From a bacterium (GTDB lineage: Bacteria; UBA8248; JACPRG01; G963555815), in the NCBI GenBank assembly GCA_965218795.1, contig OZ244653.1, positions 736,001-800,000 of the forward strand: 64,000 bases of DNA. The letters run 5' to 3'. Shown piece after piece: positions 29,861 through 40,993 of this stretch. The translations under genes were made by a program, and so were the position numbers. Below the pieces are notes generated by a model, which saw nothing but the letters and a program-made list of their open reading frames with translations, was not told the origin of the DNA and did no database searches. Positions within the stretch are counted from its first letter, which is position 1; every line of letters starts with the position of its first letter.

Positions 29861-29927
29861 GGATCCACCTCCCGTCCCGATGCCCGGACCGGATGGATTG
29901 GCTGGCGGTCTTTGCCCGGCGTCCGGG

Positions 29928-32030
29928 TCAAACCGATTCAGGAACCGCGTTGGATTCGATATCCGCCCGCGTGGACGCTGGCACCTTCTCGACCTGCACC
30001 AGGTTGGAATGGAAGGTGGCGCCTCTTCCCATATCCGAGAGCCGTTCTGAGGTAATCTGGTTGACTCCCTTGCGTCCCGGTGAGAGTTTGGCCCACCAGG
30101 CCCCCTCGGAAACGGCGACCCCGGACAGGGTTTTGACCCCGACCTTCGCGTACCGGTAGATTTCGCCCCGGTCATTGAAGACGCGGACAATATCCCCTTC
30201 CTTGATTCCCCGGGCTTCGGCATCCTCGGGATGGAGCAGGAGGCAGGGCCTTTTCTCCCCCCGGATGCATCTTTCCGCATCCCCCAGCGATGAGTTCAGG
30301 AAATGGTGTGCGGGAGGGATCACCAACTGCAATGGATACCGTCCCGTCAACTCTTCCGATTCACTTCCTTCCGTCAGGGGGACATACGCGGGCAAGGGAT
30401 CCATCCCGTCCTTTGCCATGGATTCCGAGTAGAACTCCATCTTTCCCGAAGGCGTAAAAAAACCGTTCTGAAATGGGTTTTCCCCCCTGCCGGGACCGAC
30501 CCGGTGACCCTTGAGGTCGGAGAGATCATCCAAGTCGATGCCGTTCTTCCCGTTCCCTCGATGGGCCAGGAGGTCCTTGATGACGGTCTCTTGCGAATCC
30601 TGAAGCGCGGGATCCTCCAACCCCATCTTCTCGGCCAGCAGGGCGAACAACTCCCGGTTGCTCTTGGCCTCGCCCACCGGCTGGATCGCCGGCTCCGACC
30701 GTTGGAGGTAGTACTGGCCGTAGCTCCCGAAGAGATCGCCCGTCTCGATAAAGCTGGGCGCGGGCAGAACGTAATCCGCGTAGTCGGTCGTATCCGTGAA
30801 GACCACCTCGTGGACGACGGTGAACAGGTCCGCCCGCTGGAGCCCTTCGATCACCTTGGCAGACTGGGGGGTGATCGCCGCCGGGTTGGAAGAGTAGACG
30901 AACAGGGCCTGGATCGGCGGATCATCGACCTCGTTCAGCGCTTCTCCGAGCCTGCACATGTTCAGGATTCGAGCGTCTTTCCCGTCCGGCTGAAGGTCGG
31001 GTCTCTCGACGATGGTCTTGTTGATTCCGAAAGCGGCCGAGCTGGACAGAAACGCCCCGCCGCCCTTCCTGTGATAGGCCCCGACCAGCCCCGGCAGGCA
31101 GGCGATGGTTCTCACCGTCATGCCCCCGTTCGTGTGCCTGGAAATGCCGATGCCAATTCGAATGAACGGGGCGCGGGCCTCCGCGTATTGAAGGGCGAGG
31201 CGACGGATAAGCGGTGAGGGGATCCCCGTGATCTCCGAAACGCGCCCGGCCGGATATTCGGCTAGGCGCTTCACGAGCGCTTCGAAGCCCAGCGTGTGCC
31301 GCTCGATGTAGTCCCGGTCGATGAGATCTTTTTCAACGAGGATGCGCATGATCCCGAGCGCCAGGGCGGCATCCGTGCCCGGGCGAATCATCAGATGCTC
31401 GTCCGCGAATCTGGCTGTGCGGTTGGCGTACGGGTCAATGGAGATGATCCGGGCGCCCCTTTTGCGGGCCTCCTGCAAAATGGGGAGGAGATGAATGTTC
31501 GTCGTTACAGCGTTGGATCCCCAGAGAACGACGAAATCGGATTCCGAGGCCGTCTCCGTATCGTTCCCGATGACTTGACCCACAGTTGCCTCCCAGCCCG
31601 CATAGGCCGTGTGCACGCAGATCGTCCGGTCCAGGCGGCTCGCCCCGATATTGTGAAAGAACCGCTGGGGGAAGTTCCGATGCACAAGACCGAGGGTTCC
31701 GGCATAGGAGTAGGGGAGGACGGCCTCGCCTCCCCACTGCTCGATGATGTCCCGGAGTCGCCCGCCGATCTCGTCCAGCGCTTCGTCCCAGGACACAGGC
31801 TCGAAGCGGCCATCTCCTTTCTCGCCGACACGCCGCATCGGTTTCATGACGCGGTAAGGGGAGTAGACCCGGTCAGGGTACAACTCGACCTTTCGGCAGA
31901 TGAAACCCTTGGTATAGGGATGCTCGGGGTCGCCGGTGACCTTCACGGCCTTGCCGTCCCGGACCGTCACGAGGAGGGAACAGCAATCCGGACAGTCCAG
32001 TGCGCAGACGCTTCTTTTGATCTCTTCCAA
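29928..32030 (-). CDS. Molybdopterin (bis-MGD) oxidoreductase with N-terminal 4Fe-4S site
   Basis: CALDCPDCC...GFIC, SWDEALD, RTIC, PGTDAALA, TPSGKMEF. Confidence 0.92.
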   Translation of the reverse strand: MEEIKRSVCALDCPDCCSLLVTVRDGKAVKVTGDPEHPYTKGFICRKVELYPDRVYSPYRVMKPMRRVGEKGDGRFEPVSWDEALDEIGGRLRDIIEQWGGEAVLPYSYAGTLGLVHRNFPQRFFHNIGASRLDRTICVHTAYAGWEATVGQVIGNDTETASESDFVVLWGSNAVTTNIHLLPILQEARKRGARIISIDPYANRTARFADEHLMIRPGTDAALALGIMRILVEKDLIDRDYIERHTLGFEALVKRLAEYPAGRVSEITGIPSPLIRRLALQYAEARAPFIRIGIGISRHTNGGMTVRTIACLPGLVGAYHRKGGGAFLSSSAAFGINKTIVERPDLQPDGKDARILNMCRLGEALNEVDDPPIQALFVYSSNPAAITPQSAKVIEGLQRADLFTVVHEVVFTDTTDYADYVLPAPSFIETGDLFGSYGQYYLQRSEPAIQPVGEAKSNRELFALLAEKMGLEDPALQDSQETVIKDLLAHRGNGKNGIDLDDLSDLKGHRVGPGRGENPFQNGFFTPSGKMEFYSESMAKDGMDPLPAYVPLTEGSESEELTGRYPLQLVIPPAHHFLNSSLGDAERCIRGEKRPCLLLHPEDAEARGIKEGDIVRVFNDRGEIYRYAKVGVKTLSGVAVSEGAWWAKLSPGRKGVNQITSERLSDMGRGATFHSNLVQVEKVPASTRADIESNAVPESV

Positions 32031-32175
32031 TGTCGGTCTCGATTCGGAGCAAGAGTTAACCGCTACTCACATGATAATCGGTTTTGAAACCGGGTTGGGA
32101 AACGAAAACTGCGAACCTATCATTAATGGATAAAATTAATAATATCTTATTAACTAATTGAATATAAATAAAATA

Positions 32176-32250
32176 TGGTGGCCCCAACGGGGATCGAACC
32201 CGTGTTTTAGCCTTGAGAGGGCTACGTCCTGACCGCTAGACGATAGGGCC
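32176..32250 (-). tRNA. tRNA-Glu (CTC)
   Basis: GGCCCTA/TGGGGCC acceptor stem, TAGCC-CTCTCAA-GGCTA anticodon arm, GGTTCGATCC, encoded CCA. Confidence 0.95.
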
Positions 32251-32483
32251 ACTGATTTGTGAAGCAACACCCGGGATTTCCAGTTTGCCCTTCGTTCAAT
32301 CCCTGGCTGCGATTTCAGGGTTGAGACTCTTGCCCGGCAATGAAATCGATTATGGTCTCCGGCCTTCGACCTGTCAAATAGATGGTTCACCGCGCACGAG
32401 GTCTTTCGGATGAACGTTCAGGCGGTCCCGTTCGGATCAGCCGCAAAAGCGAGGGTCGTGAATCGGCGAATCTCGCTTTGGTG

Positions 32484-32511
32484 AAAAAGGCTACGACACA
32501 TAGCCGTAGCC
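32484..32511 (-). terminator. Rho-independent terminator after tRNA-Gln
   Basis: Minus strand GGCTACG-N9-CGTAGCC-TTTTT. Confidence 0.65.
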
Positions 32512-32524
32512 CTGGTGGTTGATA

Positions 32525-32598
32525 TGGCTGGGGAGCTAGGATTCGAACCTAGGTTTTCTGATCCAGAGTCAGACGTCTTGCCGCTGGACCACTCCCCA
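32525..32598 (-). tRNA. tRNA-Gln (CTG)
   Basis: TGGGGAG/CTCCCCA acceptor stem (U1-A72), TCTGA-CTCTGGA-TCAGA arm, GGTTCGAATCC, encoded CCA. Confidence 0.95.
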
Positions 32599-32677
32599 GC
32601 AAAAACACGTTGATAATCTACCTTCCGGCCCTATGCCGGTCAAGCCGAATCGATTGGGAGACAGCCGGAGACGGATC

Positions 32678-34099
32678 TCACTCTCCCGCATCCATGGCGT
32701 GCGCGATGCCCCTGTCGAGGCGAGCGAGGGTCTCCTCCTTTCCCAACAGCACCAGCACCTCCGTAATGGGCGGGCTGACGGTCCCGCCGGTCGCTGCAAC
32801 CCGCGCGGGCTGGGCCACGGCCAGCAGCTTGATGCCTTCTTCCTGGACGATGCCCTGAAATATGTCGTTGATGCTTTCTTCGCTGAAGTCCTGCAAACCT
32901 TCCAGGCGGGAACGCAGTTTCTTGAGCCGTTCTCCCGTCTCCCCTTTCAGGAATTTCCTCGCGGCTTTCTCGTCATATTCAAAATCGGAGCGATAGAAAT
33001 ACCGAGTGGACCGGGCCAGTTCACGGAGAGTCCGGGATCGCTCCTGAAGGCTCCGGATGATGCGCTCCAGCCGGGATTGAGATTCGGCGTTCTCCGCAGT
33101 CTCTACGCCTTCCTCGGCGAGGAAAGGTTTCAGTAGAGGCATGATCTCCGCAGGCGCCATCCGGTTCATATGCTGAGAGTTCACCCAGCGGAGCTTGTCC
33201 ACGTCGAAAATAGCGGACGACGTGCCAATGGGCGCAAGGTCGAACAGCCCGACAATCTCCTCCCGGGTGAAGATTTCCTGGTCGCCGTGGGACCAGCCGA
33301 GCCGGACGAGGCAGTTGTTCATGGCCTCGGGGAGGTATCCCTCCCGCTGGTACTCCTGAATGGACGTCGCTCCGTGCCGCTTGCTCAGGCGCTTCTTGTC
33401 CGGCCCCAGAATCAGCGAGACGTGGGCGAACCGGGGGAGCTCCCATCCGAGCCCGTGATAGATCATCGCCTGGCGCGGGGTGTTGGCAAGATGGTCGTCC
33501 CCGCGGATGACGTGGGAGATTCGCATATCCACGTCATCCACCACGACCACGAAGTTGTAGGTGGGCGTCCCGTCGCTCCGCAGGATGATCATGTCGTCGA
33601 GCTGGGCGTTTTCGAAGGTCACATCGCCCCGCAGCAGGTCGTGAATGACGGTCCGGCCTTCCTCGGGCGCGGCGAACCGCAGTACGTATGGAAGATCCGG
33701 CTCGTCGCTCCGGTTTCGGCACCGTCGGTCGTAACGCGGCGGCCGGCCCTCGGCCCGCGCCTTCTCGCGCATGGCTTCGAGCTCATCAGGCGTGCAGAAG
33801 CACCGGTAGACCTTTCCCTCGGCGAGCAGTCGCCGGGCGGTTTCCGTGTAGATATCCTGGCGCTCGGATTGGCGGTGGGGACCTTCGTCCCAGTCTATCC
33901 CCAGCCATGTAAGCCCGTCCAGAATCTGCTGGATGGACTCCTCGGTGGAGCGCTCCCGGTCGGTGTCCTCGATCCGGAGAATGTACGCTCCCCCGTGGTG
34001 CCGGGCGAAGAACCAATTGAACAGCGCGGTCCGAACCCCGCCGATGTGAAGGTGGCCGGTTGGGCTGGGGGCGAAGCGGACTCGAATTTCCTGGCTCAT
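32678..34099 (-). CDS. gltX: Glutamate--tRNA ligase
   Basis: RFAPSPTGHLHIGG, LRIEDTD, RLSKR; adjacent to tRNA-Gln and tRNA-Glu. Confidence 0.97.
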   Translation of the reverse strand: MSQEIRVRFAPSPTGHLHIGGVRTALFNWFFARHHGGAYILRIEDTDRERSTEESIQQILDGLTWLGIDWDEGPHRQSERQDIYTETARRLLAEGKVYRCFCTPDELEAMREKARAEGRPPRYDRRCRNRSDEPDLPYVLRFAAPEEGRTVIHDLLRGDVTFENAQLDDMIILRSDGTPTYNFVVVVDDVDMRISHVIRGDDHLANTPRQAMIYHGLGWELPRFAHVSLILGPDKKRLSKRHGATSIQEYQREGYLPEAMNNCLVRLGWSHGDQEIFTREEIVGLFDLAPIGTSSAIFDVDKLRWVNSQHMNRMAPAEIMPLLKPFLAEEGVETAENAESQSRLERIIRSLQERSRTLRELARSTRYFYRSDFEYDEKAARKFLKGETGERLKKLRSRLEGLQDFSEESINDIFQGIVQEEGIKLLAVAQPARVAATGGTVSPPITEVLVLLGKEETLARLDRGIAHAMDAGE

Positions 34100-34336
34100 G
34101 GGCTTTCCTTCATTCGGATTCCCGGCGGCTCATCCTCTCTCGTGCCGTGTCTCTCAAATGCATCGGCACATGGGTGATGGCAGAAGCCGCTTCAATCATA
34201 AGAACTGCGCTCGCGGCGGGCATCTTGCCCGGCATTGCGGGAGAACGATGGCCCGCGGAACTGTGGCGCCTTCGCTACTGCACTATCCTTTAGGTAGGGG
34301 CTCCCCCATCCCGCGTAAAGGGGTCCGGCGTTTCCA

Positions 34337-35215
34337 TCAGAGAAGAAAGATCAGGACGAGCGGCGTCGTCGCGAGGCTGATCACGGTCGAGACCCAGACC
34401 ACCGATGCCACCATCTCCGGGTTCTTGTCGAACTTTTGAGCGAAGATGAAATTGATGACCGCGGAGGGCATGCTGAAGCCCAGGATCACGACAGCCCGCG
34501 CGACGCCTTCCAGGTCCAGGAGCGTGACGGTCAGCCAGGCGAGGGCAAATCCTCCAGCGATGCGAAGGGCGGCGGCGGCGGTCGCCATCTTCAAGGCGCG
34601 GACGCGGACCGTCACCAGCCGATAGCCCAGAGAGAAGAGCATGAACCCGATGGCCGCGGTACCCATCATTTCCAGCGGCCGCTGTATGATGAGGGGCACC
34701 TTCCATCCCATGAGAGAGACGACGATGCCGGCGCCGGCAGTATACATCATCGGCATTTGGAGGGCTTCAGAGGCGTTCTTGGCCCCCCGGCTGACAATCG
34801 CCATCCCCAGGGTGTAGTGGATGATGACATTTGTCGCGAAAAAGATTACGGCAAGCGCCAGCCCCTGCTCTCCGAAAGCGAACAGGCAAAGCGGCAGGTT
34901 CATGTTTCCGGCGTTGGGAAACATGATCGGGAGGTAAAGCCCGCGGAGGTCCTCCCGGAAGAATCTTAAAAAAATGGTGCACAGGAGCCACATCCCCAGT
35001 ATGATGAGGAGTACGGCGAGCGGGATGAAACCCATCATCCGCGGGGAAAGGTCGCTTTTGGCTAAGGCAGAAAACGCGAGGGCCGGGGAGGCGACGTAGA
35101 TGATGACTTCCGTCAGCGCGTCCAGGTCGATTTTCTTCAGCCGCCCGAACAGGTACCCCAGCCCAATCAGAAAAAACACCGGGAAAACGATTGAGAAGAC
35201 CTTGGCGGCTATCAT
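34337..35215 (-). CDS. AEC (auxin efflux carrier) family transporter
   Basis: FPNAGNMNLP, SMPSAV; about 10 TM segments. Confidence 0.88.
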   Translation of the reverse strand: MIAAKVFSIVFPVFFLIGLGYLFGRLKKIDLDALTEVIIYVASPALAFSALAKSDLSPRMMGFIPLAVLLIILGMWLLCTIFLRFFREDLRGLYLPIMFPNAGNMNLPLCLFAFGEQGLALAVIFFATNVIIHYTLGMAIVSRGAKNASEALQMPMMYTAGAGIVVSLMGWKVPLIIQRPLEMMGTAAIGFMLFSLGYRLVTVRVRALKMATAAAALRIAGGFALAWLTVTLLDLEGVARAVVILGFSMPSAVINFIFAQKFDKNPEMVASVVWVSTVISLATTPLVLIFLL

Positions 35216-35392
35216 GTGTGCCCAGGGTTCAAATGGCTGCGGATCTGAGCGCCCCGGTTCAGATCCATTGTTCGGGAATGGGGCGGGGAGACGCGGAATC
35301 TTATCTCATACATCGGCCCCCTGGCAAAAGGCCCGGGCAGACGCGCAGCACAGGAAGTCCCCGATGCCGATCGGAATCGGGATCCACGCCGA

Positions 35393-36628
35393 ATGAATCG
35401 TCTGAGCGTCCTCGGTTGGTCCTTCTACGATTTTGCCAATTCAGCTTATCCCACGGTCATCGTGACGGTGGCCTACAGCATCTATTTTAAAAATGTGGTG
35501 GCGTCCGGCGGAGGGGATTTCTTTTGGGGGCTGGCCATCTCGGTGTCGATGGTGAGCGTTGCCGCCTTGGCCCCCTTTCTTGGCTCCGTCGCGGACGTTT
35601 CGGGATCCAAGAAAAAGTTTCTTCTTCTCTTCGCCACCCTCTGCGTGGTCTTCACCGGGCTTTTGTTCTTCGTGGAACGCGGAGACTTACTCGCCGGAGT
35701 CCTGTTTTTTATTCTGGCGAACATCGGCTTCGAGGCGAGCTTGATCTTCTATAACGCATTTGTTCCGGATCTGGCGGATCCGAAGGATTACGGAAAGGTC
35801 TCCGGCTACGGCTGGGCGTTCGGATACGTCGGCGGTCTGCTCTGCCTCTTTTGGGTGCTCCCGCTGATCAAGGGTGGTTTTGCGGAGGAAAATCTTTTGA
35901 ATTTTCGCTCCGCGTTCCCACGGGTGGCGATCTTCTACGCCGTGTTCACCCTCCCGACCATCCTGTGGCTCAGAGAGGAAACGTCCCGGCCGAAGGGAGT
36001 CGGCTGGGACGTGATGGTCCGCCGGGGTTGGGTTCAGCTTCGCGAGACCTTTCACCACATACGCCGCCTGCGGCACCTCTTCCGGTTTCTGGTGGCCTTT
36101 CTTCTGTACAACGACGGCATCGCTACGGTGATCGCTTTCAGTTCCATATACGCCGTCGGCACGCTGGGCTTCAGCGTGGCGGAGGTGACGGTCCTGTTCA
36201 TCGCCGTCCAGGCATCGGCGTGCGTCGGCGCATTCGCTTTCGGGTTCGTCGTGGATCGGTGGGGCGCCAAGCCGACACTGCTGTTGCTGCTGGCGGTTTG
36301 GTGTCTCGTCGTCCTCGCGGCATTCTTCACCACGACGCAGGGTCAGTATTTTGGGGTGGCCATGGTGGCGGGTATCGGCCTGGGATCGGTCCAGTCCGCC
36401 AGCCGAAGCCTGATGGCGATGTTCATTCCGGAAGGCAAAAGCGCCGAATTTTATGGCTTCTACGGGATTTGCGGAAAGCTCTCGGCCATTCTGGGGCCAG
36501 TGACGTTCGGAACGGTTTCCGTCCTGGCGGGAAGCCAGCGGGTGGCCATCCTCTCTGTCTTAATCTTTTTTCTGCTCGGAATGGCAACGCTTGCGACCGT
36601 TCGGGTCAGTCGAGTGAAGGAATCGTAG
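35393..36628 (+). CDS. MFS transporter (UMF1/ATG22-like)
   Basis: WSFYDFANS, FYNAF, SGYGWAFGY, QSASRS, EFYGFY. Confidence 0.9.
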   Translation: MNRLSVLGWSFYDFANSAYPTVIVTVAYSIYFKNVVASGGGDFFWGLAISVSMVSVAALAPFLGSVADVSGSKKKFLLLFATLCVVFTGLLFFVERGDLLAGVLFFILANIGFEASLIFYNAFVPDLADPKDYGKVSGYGWAFGYVGGLLCLFWVLPLIKGGFAEENLLNFRSAFPRVAIFYAVFTLPTILWLREETSRPKGVGWDVMVRRGWVQLRETFHHIRRLRHLFRFLVAFLLYNDGIATVIAFSSIYAVGTLGFSVAEVTVLFIAVQASACVGAFAFGFVVDRWGAKPTLLLLLAVWCLVVLAAFFTTTQGQYFGVAMVAGIGLGSVQSASRSLMAMFIPEGKSAEFYGFYGICGKLSAILGPVTFGTVSVLAGSQRVAILSVLIFFLLGMATLATVRVSRVKES

Positions 36629-36703
36629 AGACCGCCGGGCTCAGGCGAGGGCGGGCTGGAGGGTTTCCTGCGGGCATCGCAACAATTCTTCGGTGCGATA
36701 GGG

Positions 36704-36900
36704 TTAGGCAATGACGCGGGGGAAGCCGTACTCCTGATAGTTCGCCATGATGGGAGCGTTGGAGTAACAGCTGGAGACGATGGCCTTCACGTCAGGGTCG
36801 ATTTGAAGCAGCCACGGAATCGTTTCCCGGCCGCCCGCTCCCTTGGGAACGGTCAGGTCGAGGATCACGCAATCAAACGGCCGCCCTTCTTCCTGTACCC
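36704..36900 (-). pseudogene. Orphan fragment of a response-regulator receiver domain
   Basis: PFDCVILDLTVPKGAGGRETI...DPDVKAIVSS; both termini missing. Confidence 0.7.
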
Positions 36901-37416
36901 TTGGTAGCAGCGAGCAGCGAAGGGCCTCTTTACCTTCTTCGGCCGGATTCACTCACCATATATAAGAGCTTAAGGCAATATCAACACTAAAAGGGGCATA
37001 TCCTGCGCTTGAAAGGTCGCTCCCGAAGCCGGAGACCGTCATTAGGGGCGCAAGAGGAACACGACATATCTGAAAATCAATCAACGTATTCCTTGCAATA
37101 AATTATGGGGATAAAACATTTCGATTCATGACGCAAGACCTTGAAAGTCTGCATCCGGGTCGTAATGGCCCGGCTTCCGGCTGAAACGCCGAGGCGCGCA
37201 GAACCACTTAGAAAAATTCCCGCCTCGAGCCTCTTTCTCAGGGTTGATTGCCGCCCATTTGCCTTGGAGAACTGAAAATTTTCGGCCTGTGTTTGAAAAG
37301 TCTCGAAATTCAACCCTGTCGGATACACATTTTTCTAGACAGGCAAGGCGTTTCGTTGAGCCTCACGATCGAAAGTGATAATTTCACTAAAGTCGCCGGT
37401 TTTCGAGGGTTTGCGA

Positions 37417-38667
37417 ATGGTTTCGTTAGATGAGGGCAGAAATACAGCCGTTGATCGCGCGCCTTTCCTCGGGGCGGAGAAGGTCGAAGTTTTAGAGGGC
37501 AGGAACCGGGCGAGCGCCGAAGACGTTCTTGCGGGCTTTGACCATCCCCGTTGGGATCAGTCCGCAATGGACGGATTCGGGTTCAAGGCTGCGGATACGG
37601 CGGGGGCCTCCCCGGCCTCTCCCGTCCGTCTGAGGCTCACCGAAACACTGACCGCGGGCGGCGCGGCCTCTGCCGACATCGGCCCCGGCGAGGCCGTCCG
37701 AATCATGACCGGCGCGGTCATTCCGCCTGGAACGGACGCCGTCGCACCTCTGGAAGAGGCCCACGCCGAAAACGGATTCGTTTTCATCCAGAATCCGGCG
37801 CAAGCCGGCCAGTACGTTCGGAAGGCGGGAGATGAAGTCGGCGCGGGTTCGCGCATCCTCGACCGGGGGGAGGAGATTCGGGCGACCCACATCGAATCCC
37901 TGACACTGATGGGGAGAACACACGTTGAGGTGGGGAGGCGACCCCTGGTGGCGATTTTTTCCACCGGGGATGAAGTCGTCGAGCCCGAGGATCACCGGAC
38001 TGTGGAAGGGGGCTTGGGCCATGGTCAGTTCTATTGTTCCATCAACTACTATATGGCGGCCCTGGTCATGGAGGCGGGAGGCGTCCCGCTTCGGATGGGA
38101 ATCGCCGAGGACACGCTGAAATCCACTTCGGAACGCGTCCTCGCCTGCGCCAACGCGGACGCCGTGATCATCACGGGAGGAACGGGGAAGGGAGACAAGG
38201 ACCTCGTCGCGCCGGCGATGACAGAGGCCGGCGTGGAAATGGTGTTCAAGAACGTTGACATATGGCCGGGGACTTATTCGGCCTTCGGTCTTCTGGGACG
38301 AAACCTGGTGTTCAACATTCCGGGGAACCCTTCGGCCGCACACATTTGCTATGAGTTGTTCGTCCGTCCGGCTTTTCGTCGCATGGCGGGATACCGCGAT
38401 CCAGGACCCCGATTCCAGCGGGTCATGCTGGGCGCCGGGATTCGGGTGAAGGCGCGTGAAGGGCTTCCGAACTTTGTGCGGGGTCGCGTTGTCTTCGGTG
38501 CCTCGGACGGCCGTCTGATTGCGATGCCGTGGAAGAGCGAGGGGTTGCCGCCCTCGCGGATGAACGCCTTTCTCGTCGTCCCGGCCGGGGTCGGAGAGGT
38601 CCGCCAGGGGGAATCCGTGGAGGCCCTGCTTTTTTCTCCTCCGCAGCAGGATGATTCGCCCGGCTGA
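37417..38667 (+). CDS. moeA: Molybdopterin molybdotransferase
   Basis: SAMDGF, IMTGA, STGDEV, ITGG..GDKD, IPGNP; start uncertain. Confidence 0.92.
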   Translation: MVSLDEGRNTAVDRAPFLGAEKVEVLEGRNRASAEDVLAGFDHPRWDQSAMDGFGFKAADTAGASPASPVRLRLTETLTAGGAASADIGPGEAVRIMTGAVIPPGTDAVAPLEEAHAENGFVFIQNPAQAGQYVRKAGDEVGAGSRILDRGEEIRATHIESLTLMGRTHVEVGRRPLVAIFSTGDEVVEPEDHRTVEGGLGHGQFYCSINYYMAALVMEAGGVPLRMGIAEDTLKSTSERVLACANADAVIITGGTGKGDKDLVAPAMTEAGVEMVFKNVDIWPGTYSAFGLLGRNLVFNIPGNPSAAHICYELFVRPAFRRMAGYRDPGPRFQRVMLGAGIRVKAREGLPNFVRGRVVFGASDGRLIAMPWKSEGLPPSRMNAFLVVPAGVGEVRQGESVEALLFSPPQQDDSPG

Positions 38668-38801
38668 AGCAATGGAAGCCTGGGCCGAATTCGAATGCGA
38701 AACGACTGCCGGAGGCTCAAGTCTGCCCCTATGTTCCGGACGCCCGGTTGAAGTGAACATAGCGCAGTCTCATCTTTACATGAGCCCGCAAGGAGTCAAC
38801 C

Positions 38802-39275
38802 ATGTCATCCAATGACCGTATCGATCAACGACTCAACGAGCTTGGGATCCAGCTTCCTGAACCACCCTCGCCGGTCGGGGACTATATCGCCGTCCACCAT
38901 GCGGGTCATTTGATTTTCGTATCCGGACAAATCCCTCTGGAAGCCGGGAACCTCAAATTTACGGGGAAGATCGGTTCCGATTTGACCGTCGAGGAAGGAC
39001 AGGCGGCGGCGCGACTGTGCGCCATCAATGCTCTGGCCCAGATCCGCAAATCCCTGGGGAGCTGGGAGGGCTTCGGCGGCATCGTGAGGATGAGCGGTTA
39101 CGTGGCCAGCGCCGAGGGATTTACCGGCCAGGCGCAGGTCATGGACGGCGCATCCGGGTTGATGGCCGAGGCGTTGGGTGACCGGGCCGCTCATGCGCGT
39201 CTGGCCATAGGCGTGAGCGAGTTGCCCCTGGGAGCGCCGGTCGAACTGGAGGTCATCGCCAAGAAGTCCGGATAG
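38802..39275 (+). CDS. RidA/YjgF family protein
   Basis: VSGQIP, HARLAIGVSELPLGAPVELE; AAGGAG RBS. Confidence 0.9.
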   Translation: MSSNDRIDQRLNELGIQLPEPPSPVGDYIAVHHAGHLIFVSGQIPLEAGNLKFTGKIGSDLTVEEGQAAARLCAINALAQIRKSLGSWEGFGGIVRMSGYVASAEGFTGQAQVMDGASGLMAEALGDRAAHARLAIGVSELPLGAPVELEVIAKKSG

Positions 39276-39345
39276 CTCAGATCTTTGTGCCGTATCGGGT
39301 CCGTTGCCACTGTTCCCGCATTGAATCATTTCCCGGGAGTTCCGT

Positions 39346-39921
39346 TTGGCCGCTGGCAAGGGAAGTCGCAAAGATTTCGAAGAGGTGGCCCTGGTCCACC
39401 TGGACTCCATTTACCGTGCGGCCTTGCGTCTTAGCCGGGAACCCGCAGACGCACAGGATCTTACCCAGGACGTCTTCCTCCGAGCCTATCGCGCCTTTCA
39501 CCAATTCGAGGTTGGGACCAATTGCAGGGCCTGGCTGTTCAAGATTTTGAAGAACGCTTTCATCAACCGGGAGCGTTCGATGAGCCAATCCCGGACCCAC
39601 ATTCCACTGGACGAAACCGAAGCCTTCAATGAAGGGTGGATCGAGGAAGCCTCTTCCGCCGCCGGCGAGAGGCCCGAAGACCGATTCCTGAGCAAGCTGA
39701 CCGGGGATCAGATCCGCCAGGCGGTGGACAAGCTGCCGGACAGCTTCCGTCGGGTCTTCATTCTCTCCGAGGTTGAAGGCTTTACGTACAGAGAGATCGC
39801 CCGGATCGAGGACTGCCCGCTCGGCACGGTGATGTCCCGTTTGTTCCGCGCACGGAGGATGCTCCAGTCGCACCTGCGCGAATATACCGAGGAAACCGAT
39901 TATCGCGTCACGAAGACATAG
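39346..39921 (+). CDS. ECF sigma-70 factor
   Basis: DAQDLTQDVFLRA, AWLFKI, YREIA..PLGTVMSRLFRAR. Confidence 0.92.
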   Translation: MAAGKGSRKDFEEVALVHLDSIYRAALRLSREPADAQDLTQDVFLRAYRAFHQFEVGTNCRAWLFKILKNAFINRERSMSQSRTHIPLDETEAFNEGWIEEASSAAGERPEDRFLSKLTGDQIRQAVDKLPDSFRRVFILSEVEGFTYREIARIEDCPLGTVMSRLFRARRMLQSHLREYTEETDYRVTKT

Positions 39922-39976
39922 GGCAGATGGTTCCCTTATTTGATTCATCTGGATTCATCTCAAGAAGGATTCGACC

Positions 39977-40756
39977 GTGCACCCAGTCTTGTTCGAGTTC
40001 GGCCCGGTGGTGGTGCGGTTCTATGGGCTGATGTACGTCATCGCCCTGCTCGCGGGCGTATGGATCATCCGCGGGGAGTCGGACCGCCTCGGGCTCGGTC
40101 TGGCGAAAGAAGACGTCTACAATTACTGTTTGTACGGCTTGATCGCGGGCATCATCGGCGGCCGGATTTACTACGTCATCTTCAATTGGCCCTATTACGG
40201 ACGAAACCCCGCGGAAATCCCGGCCATCTGGCACGGCGGTCTGGCGATCCACGGCGGTGTGATCGCCGGGTTCCTTTTCTCTCTGTGGTATGTCCGGCGC
40301 CGAAAGATTCCGCTCTGGAGGTTGGGCGATGCCGCGGCTCCGGCGCTCATCCTGGGACAGGCCTTCGGCCGCTTCGGGAACTTCATGAACGGCGACGCGC
40401 ACGGGGTTCCCACGTCAATGCCGTGGGGCGTCATTTTCCCTCGGGAGAGCATCGCGGGCTGGGAGTTCCCCGGCCGGCCGGTTCATCCGACCATGCTCTA
40501 CGAGCTGCTGTTCAACCTCTGCTGGTTCGGAATCCTCTGGAGGTTGAGGAAGCGCCCGCACAAGGACGGGTTCATCTTCGGGCTGTACGTGATCCTGTAT
40601 TCCGTGGGGCGGTTCATCGTCAGCTCGTTCCGGGCGGACAGCTTGATGCTTGGGGGCCTTCGGACGGCCCACGTCATCAGCATCGTTCTGATCGCGATTG
40701 CCGGGTTATGGATTGCGAGAGGGCGTCTCTGGTCGGCCCCAGAGGAGCGCGGCTGA
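39977..40756 (+). CDS. lgt: Prolipoprotein diacylglyceryl transferase
   Basis: GGRIYYV, WHGGLAIHGG, GRFGNFMNG, HPTMLYE. Confidence 0.95.
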   Translation: MHPVLFEFGPVVVRFYGLMYVIALLAGVWIIRGESDRLGLGLAKEDVYNYCLYGLIAGIIGGRIYYVIFNWPYYGRNPAEIPAIWHGGLAIHGGVIAGFLFSLWYVRRRKIPLWRLGDAAAPALILGQAFGRFGNFMNGDAHGVPTSMPWGVIFPRESIAGWEFPGRPVHPTMLYELLFNLCWFGILWRLRKRPHKDGFIFGLYVILYSVGRFIVSSFRADSLMLGGLRTAHVISIVLIAIAGLWIARGRLWSAPEERG

Positions 40757-40993
40757 CGGCGGCATGGAAGGCCTTTTGCGTCACCGGATGCGGGTGACCC
40801 GTTTCCGTCGCCGCTCCAAGCACTTCGCGGCGCCAGAACCAGGCAATGGGAAACGTGTCTTGCGGGCCGGACTGTCCGTTTCGTCGCTATGGCTGAACGA
40901 ATGCGGACTGGTTATCATCCAGACGATGAGCGAAGATATCGTCGTACCGAATTATTGGAGCGCGCACGATCCAATCTTGAGCGAGAGCAATGA

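Noticed and set aside
32100-32176. AT-rich tract after tRNA-Glu as an integrative-element att site
   Set aside because: No integrase and no duplicated tRNA 3' end found in the window.
32525-32598. U1-A72 tRNA-Gln beside gltX
   Set aside because: Consistent with the ordinary indirect Gln-tRNA (GatCAB) pathway; not novel.
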